The position numbers were made by a program, and so were the translations under genes. Below, piece after piece: positions 1 to 8,120 of a stretch of DNA of 64,000 nt. Each line of letters begins with the position of its first letter. Within the stretch, counting starts at the first letter, position 1. The notes beneath the pieces were generated by a model. It saw only the letters and a program-made list of their open reading frames with translations. It was not told the origin of the DNA and made no database searches. Source of the stretch: Candidatus Nanoarchaeia archaeon (GTDB taxonomy: Bacteria > Patescibacteriota > Microgenomatia > Woykebacterales > RBG-16-39-9b); assembly GCA_036514715.1 (NCBI GenBank), contig DATBWR010000016.1, positions 42,368-106,367 of the forward strand. Direction: 5' to 3'.

Positions 1-3
1 GAC

Positions 4-28
4 TAAAGACGCTCAAGCAGCGTCTTTT
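4..28 (+). terminator. Rho-independent terminator of an upstream off-window gene
   Basis: Inverted repeat AAAGACGCT/AGCGTCTTT with a 5-nt loop, followed by a TTTTT run. Confidence 0.6.
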
Positions 29-106
29 TCTAAACCTTCAGACTGCGGCGAAACTATAACCCTATACCCCCAATCTCTCACTCTTTTTGTCCCCGCGGTT
101 CGACCG

Positions 107-3100
107 TTGGAGATTGACAAAAATTCGTCTAAACGTAGCTTGGTCATTACAATCCACGGCTTCAATAGTTCAGCTACTACTGAGTTCCAAGACATGGCAA
201 GGAAAAGCGCAGGAGAGCCCTCCGGTCCCTTCGACTACATAGCCTACGGCTGGAGTCAGTTAGCAAGCAGTCTCTATTCTGGCACTAAGGTTTCACTTGG
301 ACAAGTTCCTCATCTGGAACAAGCTAGTCGCGTTGGTCGCTGTATCGCTTATGATGTTGCTAACAGCCAATACACATACGTTCATGTTATTGGCCACTCT
401 CTTGGCTCAACTGTAGCAGATTCGTTTTCCAAGAAGTTGTCCGAGTTAGTTGGTGGTTACATTACAGTAGCCCTGACTGGGCTGGATGCTTACACCGGGG
501 TAACTCCGGGAAATTTTGGTAGTGCAGCTGCCTTCACAGATCACTATCTGGCAACTGATGACTACCCACTAACTAACTGGACTTTCGCCAACGCCTGCAA
601 CGTGGACGTTACCAGCCTTAAATTTGATGGTTCCTTCACTGGAGGTTCCCACGGCTGGCCGATTCAATTCTACCTTAAAACTCTTGACAGCCCTCTCCAA
701 GTCAATTTTAAGGGTCTTGGCTTTGCTTACCATCGAGAGTACACCGGAATAACTCCGATCTTTAGCAACCGTTGTCCGCAAGGACAGGTAATTAAACTGG
801 AGCCGTGTCTTCTGAACTGCAGTCCTACGCCTGCCCCTACCCCGACTCCGACCCCCACGCCTACCCCAAACCCCACTCCAAGCCCGGGAACTTCTTGCAC
901 CACTCCGGTAGTAACTCAACCAACTGCCGGGGGGAATTATGCTGCCAACGGTTCGCCGGTGACAATCAAATGGAACACCAATTGTCCATCGAGTTATTTT
1001 GAAATCACCGGTGGGCCGTATACGTCCCCACAAACTGCTGGTTGGAGATCTGGTACCCAATATACGTATGCTCAGGGCTTATGGAGCGGGTCTTACAACC
1101 TTAGAGTTAGAGGAAGGGATTCTCAGTTACGTCAAACCAACTGGAGTACAATTGTTCCCTTTACAGTTGGGAGCTCTTCGCCCAATCCAACTCCGACTCC
1201 TCCTCCAACTTCCGGGGCGTCTTGCAGCACTCCTACGATCACCCAACCCAGTTCCAACGGCAATTTCCCTGAAGGTGGGCCGGTCACCATCAAGTGGTCT
1301 ACCAGCTGTCCCTACAGTTACTTCGAAATCACCGGCGGACCCTACACTTCACCGCAAAATGCGGGTTGGATAACGGCAAAGGAATTTACCTATGCCCAAG
1401 GTCTTTGGCCGGGCGCTTACAGCCTGAGAGTACAGGGTAAAGATTATCAGGGTAGGCAAACAGGATGGAGTTCCACAGTCAACTTTGCCGTCGGCAACTT
1501 CGCACCAACGCCCGCCTGCTCCGGCAATGGGTTGATCTACGATAGTACTGGCCGCTGTGCTGGAGTTTCTGACACAAGTTGTCACAGCCTCCCCTCACTC
1601 GGCTTAAACTCTCTTAAATCTGTCACCCTCAACTCCGGCTGGAGCGTAGTAATTTCTTCTAAAACTGACTGTAGTGATGAGATTGGTCGTTACCAACAAA
1701 GCACGACTATTGATACTGGAGTAGCCTCCGGGGCCAAGGCTATTCGTCTGGAAGCAATTCTCCCCAGCGATTGTCCCGAACTTCCACCAACCGGTGGCAT
1801 CCGCGCTTACCGTGAAGGCGGTTTCCGCGAGGGGGGTGGTTGCCGTAACACTACTCTCTCCCAAGGCGGCATTCCTTCTTTTCCAGCAGTTGGCTATCCA
1901 AACGGCCCCTCCTCCATGAAGTTTTTCGGTGACCATATTGACCGGGCCCAAGTCACGGTTTACCCGGGAGAAAATTACACTGGTACACCTTGTGCAACTT
2001 ACACCCAAGACGTTAGCGACTTCTTAAACTGCAACGGCAAAGTTATTTCTATTAAAGTGGATGCCTTCACACCGCCCACCCAGGCGCTAAATATTGCTAG
2101 TGAGGGTCAGTGGGACCTTGATATGTCCGCAGCTTTGGACAACGACCCAACCACCTGGTCGGGGGTTCCCCACGGCGGAAGCGTTGGTGTAGTTTTCCCA
2201 ACTTCACAAAAAATTCTGGGTCTAGTGGTTCACGACCGACCACCCGACTCCGTAAATCCCAACGGCATCAACAAAATTTACGTTAGTTTTGGTGGCGGTG
2301 TAAGCGGAGGCATGATCATCGATAACATCGACCTAGTGGCTTCCGGGCAACGCTGCGCCATAATAGCTCCAACAACTTCGATTGATGCCAGATGGGTTAG
2401 TATAAAGCTAGCTGATAGTAGCGGCGGTAACGGTTTTTCCGATGTGGAAATTTTCGCTGCCGACGGTGGCACTATCCGTCCAACTATTCCTTGTCCTAAA
2501 GTTTACACGGATGATGCCAAACCAGGTGTTTCCGCCCCACCTAGCAACTGGGTGGAACCAATCTCATCAACTTTGAAAACTCCAGCTTGCGATAGCAAAA
2601 CTCTCATGCTCTTTGTTGCAGCTAACGACAGCTTCTCGGACAAATGTCCTTCCAGTGGAGTGATCGGAGCAACAGAGGCTTTACCTTGCGGACCGTCGGT
2701 TCACTTCAATGGTGCACGAACAATTAATTTGACTGATAGTCCGCAATTAAACTCGGGCAAATTGTCAATAAGCATTTGCGCGAAGATTGATGCTTGGGCG
2801 GCCAGCACTTTCCTACGCAGAGAATTGCAAAACGGGGGGACAACAGACCAGTTTATGTTGGGTACGCGCGACGGTAATTTGTCGGCTCACATTTCCTGCT
2901 ACCCTGATATAATTGGCACAAAGCCTATATCTACTGGTTGGCATGTCTTAGGTTTAATCTTCGATGCTCCCAACGGAACTTTATCAACAACGATTGATGG
3001 AGTAATTGTCGACACGGTGACTAATTCTCCGGGAACCAATTGTCCTAGCTGGGATTCCGGCTATGGACCGTTGGTTTTGGGAAACAACCGCGCCAATGCC

Positions 3101-3148
3101 GATTACTTTACCGGGGACATTGCCTGGGTTAAAATCGCTACTCCCTAA
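107..3148 (+). CDS. Large multidomain surface/secreted protein: N-terminal alpha/beta-hydrolase (lipase-like, GHSLG nucleophile elbow), PT-rich linker, two tandem ~100-aa beta-sandwich repeats, discoidin (F5/8 type C)-like domain, C-terminal LamG/concanavalin-like domain
   Basis: 1013-aa ORF with motifs ITIHGF and GHSLGS. The TPTPTPTP linker, the duplicated CTTPVVTQP...FEITGGPYTSPQ modules, the ALDNDPTTWSG...VEIFA discoidin-like stretch and the FTGDIAWVKI LamG-like C-terminus are all visible. The frame is open to the window edge with a TTG start at 107, so the true N-terminus is uncertain and no signal peptide is seen. Confidence 0.75.
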   Translation: MEIDKNSSKRSLVITIHGFNSSATTEFQDMARKSAGEPSGPFDYIAYGWSQLASSLYSGTKVSLGQVPHLEQASRVGRCIAYDVANSQYTYVHVIGHSLGSTVADSFSKKLSELVGGYITVALTGLDAYTGVTPGNFGSAAAFTDHYLATDDYPLTNWTFANACNVDVTSLKFDGSFTGGSHGWPIQFYLKTLDSPLQVNFKGLGFAYHREYTGITPIFSNRCPQGQVIKLEPCLLNCSPTPAPTPTPTPTPTPNPTPSPGTSCTTPVVTQPTAGGNYAANGSPVTIKWNTNCPSSYFEITGGPYTSPQTAGWRSGTQYTYAQGLWSGSYNLRVRGRDSQLRQTNWSTIVPFTVGSSSPNPTPTPPPTSGASCSTPTITQPSSNGNFPEGGPVTIKWSTSCPYSYFEITGGPYTSPQNAGWITAKEFTYAQGLWPGAYSLRVQGKDYQGRQTGWSSTVNFAVGNFAPTPACSGNGLIYDSTGRCAGVSDTSCHSLPSLGLNSLKSVTLNSGWSVVISSKTDCSDEIGRYQQSTTIDTGVASGAKAIRLEAILPSDCPELPPTGGIRAYREGGFREGGGCRNTTLSQGGIPSFPAVGYPNGPSSMKFFGDHIDRAQVTVYPGENYTGTPCATYTQDVSDFLNCNGKVISIKVDAFTPPTQALNIASEGQWDLDMSAALDNDPTTWSGVPHGGSVGVVFPTSQKILGLVVHDRPPDSVNPNGINKIYVSFGGGVSGGMIIDNIDLVASGQRCAIIAPTTSIDARWVSIKLADSSGGNGFSDVEIFAADGGTIRPTIPCPKVYTDDAKPGVSAPPSNWVEPISSTLKTPACDSKTLMLFVAANDSFSDKCPSSGVIGATEALPCGPSVHFNGARTINLTDSPQLNSGKLSISICAKIDAWAASTFLRRELQNGGTTDQFMLGTRDGNLSAHISCYPDIIGTKPISTGWHVLGLIFDAPNGTLSTTIDGVIVDTVTNSPGTNCPSWDSGYGPLVLGNNRANADYFTGDIAWVKIATP
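890..1510 (+). repeat. Two in-frame tandem copies (~300 nt each) of a domain-coding module, preceded by a PT-rich low-complexity linker (820-893)
   Basis: The protein-level repeat TSCTTPVVTQPTAGGNY...FTVGSS aligns with ASCSTPTITQPSSNGNF...FAVGNF. This is coding, not CRISPR. Confidence 0.8.
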
Positions 3149-3209
3149 AACTTTCCATTATTACCCAACAGGACTTGCTAAAGTCTGTTACACTTTAATT
3201 ACTTCTTGA

Positions 3210-3455
3210 TTGGAGGAGAGGTTGCAACCAAATGAGGTACCGTGCGTTCGCTGTGGAGCAACAGCACAGGAGCAGATTATCGCTGTCGTTTTCAAAATCG
3301 AGGACGACGAGGTAGAGGAGATTCCTCCTGCCCTAACTAACGGTTATCACTGCAGGCACTGCAACATTGACTTCCTTTCGCCAGAACAGGAGGCTGAGCT
3401 AGCAGAGAGTCTCGAGATCGAGGCCTATGCGATCATCTACATTGAGGAGGTCTAA
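3210..3455 (+). CDS. Small acidic zinc-ribbon-like protein (CxxC...CxxC); the start is more likely the TTG at 3222, after a GGAGGAG RBS
   Basis: 81-aa ORF with CVRC and CRHC pairs and an acidic composition. A terminator hairpin lies downstream. Confidence 0.45.
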   Translation: MEERLQPNEVPCVRCGATAQEQIIAVVFKIEDDEVEEIPPALTNGYHCRHCNIDFLSPEQEAELAESLEIEAYAIIYIEEV

Positions 3456-3466
3456 CTTACCAACGA

Positions 3467-3501
3467 GCGGTTCGTTCGCAAGAATGAACCGCTTTTCTTT
3501 T
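3467..3501 (+). terminator. Rho-independent terminator
   Basis: GCGGTTC...GAACCGC stem followed by TTTTCTTTT. Confidence 0.6.
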
Positions 3502-3512
3502 AAAATTGAAAT

Positions 3513-3543
3513 AAAAAAGGCAGGGTTAAACGGTGACCCTGCC
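3513..3543 (-). terminator. Rho-independent terminator for the minus-strand gene ending at 3526
   Basis: GGCAGGGT/ACCCTGCC stem overlapping the stop codon, with a T-run (A-run on the plus strand at 3513-3518) downstream on the minus strand. Confidence 0.5.
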
Positions 3544-3819
3544 ATTAGAGGATGGTGCATATGTTCCCTGATTCGGTTTTTCACCCACAATCCGACGCTG
3601 CGCCTCGTCTATCTCACGGCGGGCAAAGACAATTTGGTTGTAAATGTCCCCGCACCAGCTGTCACCCTGGGCTCGTCTGCTTTCCTGAAACTCTTCCCAT
3701 TCGGGGCCTTGCATTTCTGCTTCCAAAGTCTTGACCAACGCTCCCAGTTGACGCAGCTGTTCCAAGGCAACTTGGTGCGACATCCGGTTGAATTCCTTTA
3801 CCGCGACGTCTCCTTGCAT
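3526..3819 (-). CDS. Hypothetical charged/coiled-coil small protein
   Basis: 97-aa ORF with a strong AAGGAGG RBS 7 nt upstream of the ATG and its own terminator. Preferred over the overlapping plus-strand ORF 3427..3852. Confidence 0.55.
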   Translation of the reverse strand: MQGDVAVKEFNRMSHQVALEQLRQLGALVKTLEAEMQGPEWEEFQESRRAQGDSWCGDIYNQIVFARREIDEAQRRIVGEKPNQGTYAPSSNGRVTV

Positions 3820-3883
3820 TCCCTTCCTCCTTTGGGAAAATTATACTGCTAAAACAGGGAAAAGGCAAGTTTGCTTGCTTGGT

Positions 3884-4177
3884 TTAATCTTCGTCTTCGG
3901 CGTCACCAACACCATCAGAGTCAGTATCAGCGCGGTTTGGATCGGTGCGGCGATAATTAAGTTCGCTACGATCATCTAGTCCGTCTCGATCAGTGTCGGC
4001 AGTTAATGGGCTAGTGCCATGACGTAGAACTTCTTCACCGTCAGCAATACCGTCGCGGTCGCTATCTGCATAGTTCGGGTTGGTGCCTTGATAGGCTTCC
4101 TCTGTATCACTCAAACCATCATTATCAGAATCAGTTGTCCTCGGATCTTCAGTCTTTGGATCGTCTTGCATAAGCAT
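3884..4177 (-). CDS. Thrombospondin type 3 repeat-like calcium-binding mini-protein (four DxDxDGxxD repeats)
   Basis: Repeats DSDNDGLSD, DSDRDGIAD, DTDRDGLDD and DTDSDGVGD. There is no signal peptide and the RBS is weak, so it may be a remnant. Confidence 0.45.
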   Translation of the reverse strand: MLMQDDPKTEDPRTTDSDNDGLSDTEEAYQGTNPNYADSDRDGIADGEEVLRHGTSPLTADTDRDGLDDRSELNYRRTDPNRADTDSDGVGDAEDED

Positions 4178-4291
4178 ACCAATCGGAGTCAGTTCAATCG
4201 CTATAGCGTTGCTAATTATTCTTTATTAAAACCTCACGCCCAAAACGTTGATTGTCGTCCGAAAACATCTAAATCCTGGTTATCTTGAAAA

Positions 4292-4942
4292 CTAGGTGGG
4301 TTTTTCCTCGTCAATCTTGTTAATCTGAAAGTTTATATGTGGGTTTACTTTTTTAATCACAATCTCGTAATCGCCTTTATCTCTACACAGTTGAATGGTC
4401 ATTTTAATCTTATCGCTATCTTCCTCTGAACTTATAATTTTGATAAAATGTCCCACAATTTTATCATCTGTATACCCCCACTTCTTATCATCTTCTTCCC
4501 CAGATTTTCTCTCAATCATTATTGTTAGTAATGCGGTTGTCGCTGCTATCACCAAACTCATGGATGCCAGAGCATAGAAAATACCTTTATACGACCCATC
4601 GCTTATTGTAAGTAAGATGAATATAAAGATGACAGTAAACAACAAACCTGCGTTGGCCAACACGTAACCGTATTTACCTTTTATCAAGCCTAGGTCAGCA
4701 CTATTAGGTAGCAGGTGTCTTTGCAAGTAAATAATTAAAACAGCTAATAAGCTTAGGATGGTCGCTACAATTGAATATTTCAAAAAGTCTTCTGTATTAT
4801 TAAAACCAAGAGATGATGAAACTGCTTCGAACCACGTAAGTGCTAGTGGTATAAGTGAGACAGTAAAACCAAAAATATTAACAGTCCATGAGACTGCCTC
4901 GGCGGGTGAACCTTCTTTCAAAATTGTTCTCTTGATCAACAT
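4292..4942 (-). CDS. Hypothetical 4-TM membrane protein with a ~70-aa charged C-terminal domain, co-oriented 15 bp downstream of the RM gene
   Basis: Four hydrophobic helices. Lies in the ~30% GC island and forms an operon-like arrangement with 4958..8035. Confidence 0.6.
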   Translation of the reverse strand: MLIKRTILKEGSPAEAVSWTVNIFGFTVSLIPLALTWFEAVSSSLGFNNTEDFLKYSIVATILSLLAVLIIYLQRHLLPNSADLGLIKGKYGYVLANAGLLFTVIFIFILLTISDGSYKGIFYALASMSLVIAATTALLTIMIERKSGEEDDKKWGYTDDKIVGHFIKIISSEEDSDKIKMTIQLCRDKGDYEIVIKKVNPHINFQINKIDEEKPT

Positions 4943-4957
4943 AAGTAATTCTTAAAT

Positions 4958-7900
4958 TTAGAAATTTGTAGCTTTGTCTATTTCTTTCATTAGCTTTTCT
5001 GTCTCTGTTAGTGCGACTACTATCTTTTGGTAATGTTCAATATCTTCATTAGTTAAAACTCTGCCCTTGCGGTCTTTGAGCCATTTTTGCGCTGGTTGGT
5101 AACCACCGATATAGAAATTCCAAGCAATTTCAGGAACTTTGCCAAAATATTGCTCTGCATTGATAAATACTTTATCATCCTTATATATTACTTTGTCGAA
5201 AATATCTGATCCGGTTACCGGATAAGTAGTAACGAATTTATTTACCTTGGGAGATTCAAGTAAGTGCAGTGAACGTAACTCAGTACCAAAAGCAACAAGT
5301 TTTTTGAAACTTTTGACGTCCTTGGGATATGGCACACGCGGAAAATCAATTTTCAGGAATTCTTTGTATTTCTCTCGATAACTTGGCGAGTGCAAAACTG
5401 CGTAAATATAATCAAATATGTCTTCTGGTGAAACTTTGCCAACAATTTTTTCTATTTCATCAATAATTTCTTTTTTGAGATTTGCTTCTCGTGTACCATC
5501 TTCTGAATAATTATAAATTGGGAATAGATTATAAGGAGCAAAGGGTTGCGAACTCATGTCTGTAATAGAATTTGTCATATAGGAAGTAAAATGTTTTCCT
5601 GCTGCATACTGCTTACAAGCAATTATTGCATAGTTACTTCTATACATACTCGACATAACTTTTTTACTTGCTCCTCCTCTACCAATTTCTATTAAATTGG
5701 GCTGATACCATATCCATCTATAGTCGAACGGTCTGTACATGTAAACATACTCACGATAATCTTTGTCATTGTTATTTAACAGTTTTCCTTTTTCCCTTTC
5801 AGTATTCCAATACTTCCCATCCTTAATTTCCAGCTTTCTTTGAATTTCGCTTATACTGGTTTCTTTTCTTAAAACGTCTAGTTTATCTAACAGCTTCTTT
5901 TTTTCGAAATTAGTCAATAATTTATCATTATTAGTTTTTACACCATTACCATTTACAATAAAAATTTCTTTTAACGACGGAAAACTTTCATATTCCTTAG
6001 ACGAGCTGAAATTTTTAGGAACAAAGAAATAATAAGGCGATGAATAATTCAGCTTTTCCCATTTAACTTCTCTCATATCATTTTTGTTTAGTGCGTTGAA
6101 TTTATCTGCTTGCTTTCCATAAAGATCTGAGTGATATACCTCACCCAAACCTTTCTTTTCACTTTCTTTACGGAGAAAAATATTTATGGAGACACCTTGT
6201 TGGATATCAAAAACATTTTTATCTTCACCACCATCAGGGGCTTTTTCTTGAATGTTGGAATTACCATGTAGATCCAATATATAAATTTCATCGAAAGTTT
6301 CAAGTAGATGCTTTCTCATCTGGCGGTGAATAACCCCACTTATAAATGAGTTATTAGTAATCATTGCTACAATCCCACTTCCATTTTTCTCAACAAAATG
6401 TTCTGCGAAACGGATGAATTTTATATAATCATCTGAGAGGGGTTGAATATTTCTTTCATTGAGATTTGTTTTGTAATCCTTGGTGAGATTCTGTATCCAC
6501 TCACCTTTATTGGAGGAACTCACACTGTACGGCGGATTTCCGATAACTACCATAATTGGTTTTTCATTTTTTATTTTCGATGCTTCTTTTGCTTCCTCTG
6601 CGATACTTTCAGCAAAACCAAATGAAAACAGATCTTGTTGGGCTGGGCTTTCTTCGAGAGAATTGGTGAGATAAATTCCAAGTCGTTGGTTGAAATATTT
6701 AAAACCAGTTTCTCTAAAGGCCATGCTCAACTTCAAGTGGGCTATTGTATACGGTGTCATCATTAGCTCAAAACCATGCAGTCGTGGAAGCAAGTCGTTA
6801 TGAACATAGGTTGGCCAACGACCTTTTTGCCCACCTTTAAGTAAATGTGTATAGATAACACGAATAACCGCGCTAATAAAAGTACCTGTTCCAGCAGCTG
6901 GGTCAAGAATTTGAACTTTGTGTAGGTTAGAAGCTGTCTTTGACGTGTCTGCCAAACCTGTGGCAAGACCAAACTCTTTCTTGAGTAGGAAATCGACTGA
7001 ACGCACTATAAAATTTACAACAGGAAGAGGAGTATAGTAGGCTCCCATCTTTTTGCGGAGGTTTGGGTCGTATTCCTTCAAAAAATCTTCATAAAAATGT
7101 ATAACGGGATCTGGGCCCTTTTGAGTTTTACCACTTGATTCTTTTTTAAAATACTCTTCCATAAGGGCGGCGACATCAGCATGAGAGAAAACTTCACACA
7201 ATTCATTGACGATATATTCAAGTCTTTTGTCGAAGTCAGGCCCAACTATATGATCGAAAAAATGTCTGAGAAGCGGATTCGATTTTGGGATTAAGTCACG
7301 AGCTTCCTGCCTAGAAAAGTCTTTTTCCGTATCATCATGATAGCGAGCAATGAAAAGTCCATAAACGAGAGTTTGTGCGTACATATCAGCGAAAGAGTCT
7401 TTCGTTAAATCATGAACAAGAAGTTTTTTAATTGTTTCGTAGACCCGAACAAGCTCAGTATTTTTATCTGATTCGGTAGCAAGGAATTGCTTTACGTTGT
7501 CTCGAATTCTTTGAGCTTTACCTCCCATAATCTTTGCTAGATGCTGACCAGACCGTATAGGTTCTTTTTGTGATTGGGTAAAATCAAGAAGAGTTTTAGT
7601 GAGAAACTCAAAGTTTTCTGGGAAAGGTTTAGTTGTTCGACTTTTAAGGTCGTAATCGCCTATTTTTATTGGTTCTCCATAGTGAATACCGTTTCTATAA
7701 AAGCGAAACTCCAGATAGTCTGTAAGAACAAGGTTGGTATAGCCAAAATACCTAGTCATCTGCTCAGATTTTTCGACCTTATCTAGAGAGACACCAATAT
7801 CTTTTGCCTCAATATACAAAATGGGTATATCGCCTTTGAGGACAACGAAATCAGGTTTGTTACCTTGCACAGCCCGAGCATCATGAAATATGTGCAGACC

Positions 7901-8035
7901 GCCAACTGATTCAAAAACATTTTTAAGTAGAGCCTCAAGATCGGCACGGTAGCCCATCTCGCTGGTTTCTGGGTGAGAGAATTTTGTGGCGGTTGACTGA
8001 ATATAATTTTCTAAAATACCTTGCACATTATTCAT
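4958..8035 (-). CDS. Type IIL/IIG single-chain restriction-modification enzyme (MmeI family): N-terminal PD-(D/E)xK nuclease plus gamma-class N6-adenine methyltransferase plus C-terminal TRD
   Basis: 1025 aa. Motifs PDFVVLKGDIPILYIEAKD (D...EAK nuclease motif), GAYYTP, ILDPAAGTGTF (motif I) and VIGNPPY (motif IV). AT-rich composition. Confidence 0.85.
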   Translation of the reverse strand: MNNVQGILENYIQSTATKFSHPETSEMGYRADLEALLKNVFESVGGLHIFHDARAVQGNKPDFVVLKGDIPILYIEAKDIGVSLDKVEKSEQMTRYFGYTNLVLTDYLEFRFYRNGIHYGEPIKIGDYDLKSRTTKPFPENFEFLTKTLLDFTQSQKEPIRSGQHLAKIMGGKAQRIRDNVKQFLATESDKNTELVRVYETIKKLLVHDLTKDSFADMYAQTLVYGLFIARYHDDTEKDFSRQEARDLIPKSNPLLRHFFDHIVGPDFDKRLEYIVNELCEVFSHADVAALMEEYFKKESSGKTQKGPDPVIHFYEDFLKEYDPNLRKKMGAYYTPLPVVNFIVRSVDFLLKKEFGLATGLADTSKTASNLHKVQILDPAAGTGTFISAVIRVIYTHLLKGGQKGRWPTYVHNDLLPRLHGFELMMTPYTIAHLKLSMAFRETGFKYFNQRLGIYLTNSLEESPAQQDLFSFGFAESIAEEAKEASKIKNEKPIMVVIGNPPYSVSSSNKGEWIQNLTKDYKTNLNERNIQPLSDDYIKFIRFAEHFVEKNGSGIVAMITNNSFISGVIHRQMRKHLLETFDEIYILDLHGNSNIQEKAPDGGEDKNVFDIQQGVSINIFLRKESEKKGLGEVYHSDLYGKQADKFNALNKNDMREVKWEKLNYSSPYYFFVPKNFSSSKEYESFPSLKEIFIVNGNGVKTNNDKLLTNFEKKKLLDKLDVLRKETSISEIQRKLEIKDGKYWNTEREKGKLLNNNDKDYREYVYMYRPFDYRWIWYQPNLIEIGRGGASKKVMSSMYRSNYAIIACKQYAAGKHFTSYMTNSITDMSSQPFAPYNLFPIYNYSEDGTREANLKKEIIDEIEKIVGKVSPEDIFDYIYAVLHSPSYREKYKEFLKIDFPRVPYPKDVKSFKKLVAFGTELRSLHLLESPKVNKFVTTYPVTGSDIFDKVIYKDDKVFINAEQYFGKVPEIAWNFYIGGYQPAQKWLKDRKGRVLTNEDIEHYQKIVVALTETEKLMKEIDKATNF

Positions 8036-8120
8036 AAAGTACTACCGTTTAAGCAGAATTTTGCTCGTACAGTATACCTGATTAGAGGCTGGAAGGGAAG
8101 GTTTCTACGGGACAAACTAG

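Noticed and set aside
569-1373. Several ORFs (569..1060 minus, 805..1002 plus, 999..1373 plus) inside the 1013-aa gene
   Set aside because: They are alternative-frame or antisense artefacts of the repetitive PT/G-rich coding region. R/G/P-rich with no independent signals.
820-1510. Repetitive DNA that could be mistaken for a tandem-repeat or CRISPR-like array
   Set aside because: The repeats are in-frame coding (PT linker and two duplicated protein modules). There is no spacer-repeat periodicity.
3427-3852. 141-aa plus-strand ORF overlapping the 3526..3819 minus-strand ORF
   Set aside because: L/R/S-rich antisense-like composition and no RBS. The minus-strand ORF has a strong AAGGAGG RBS and its own terminator.
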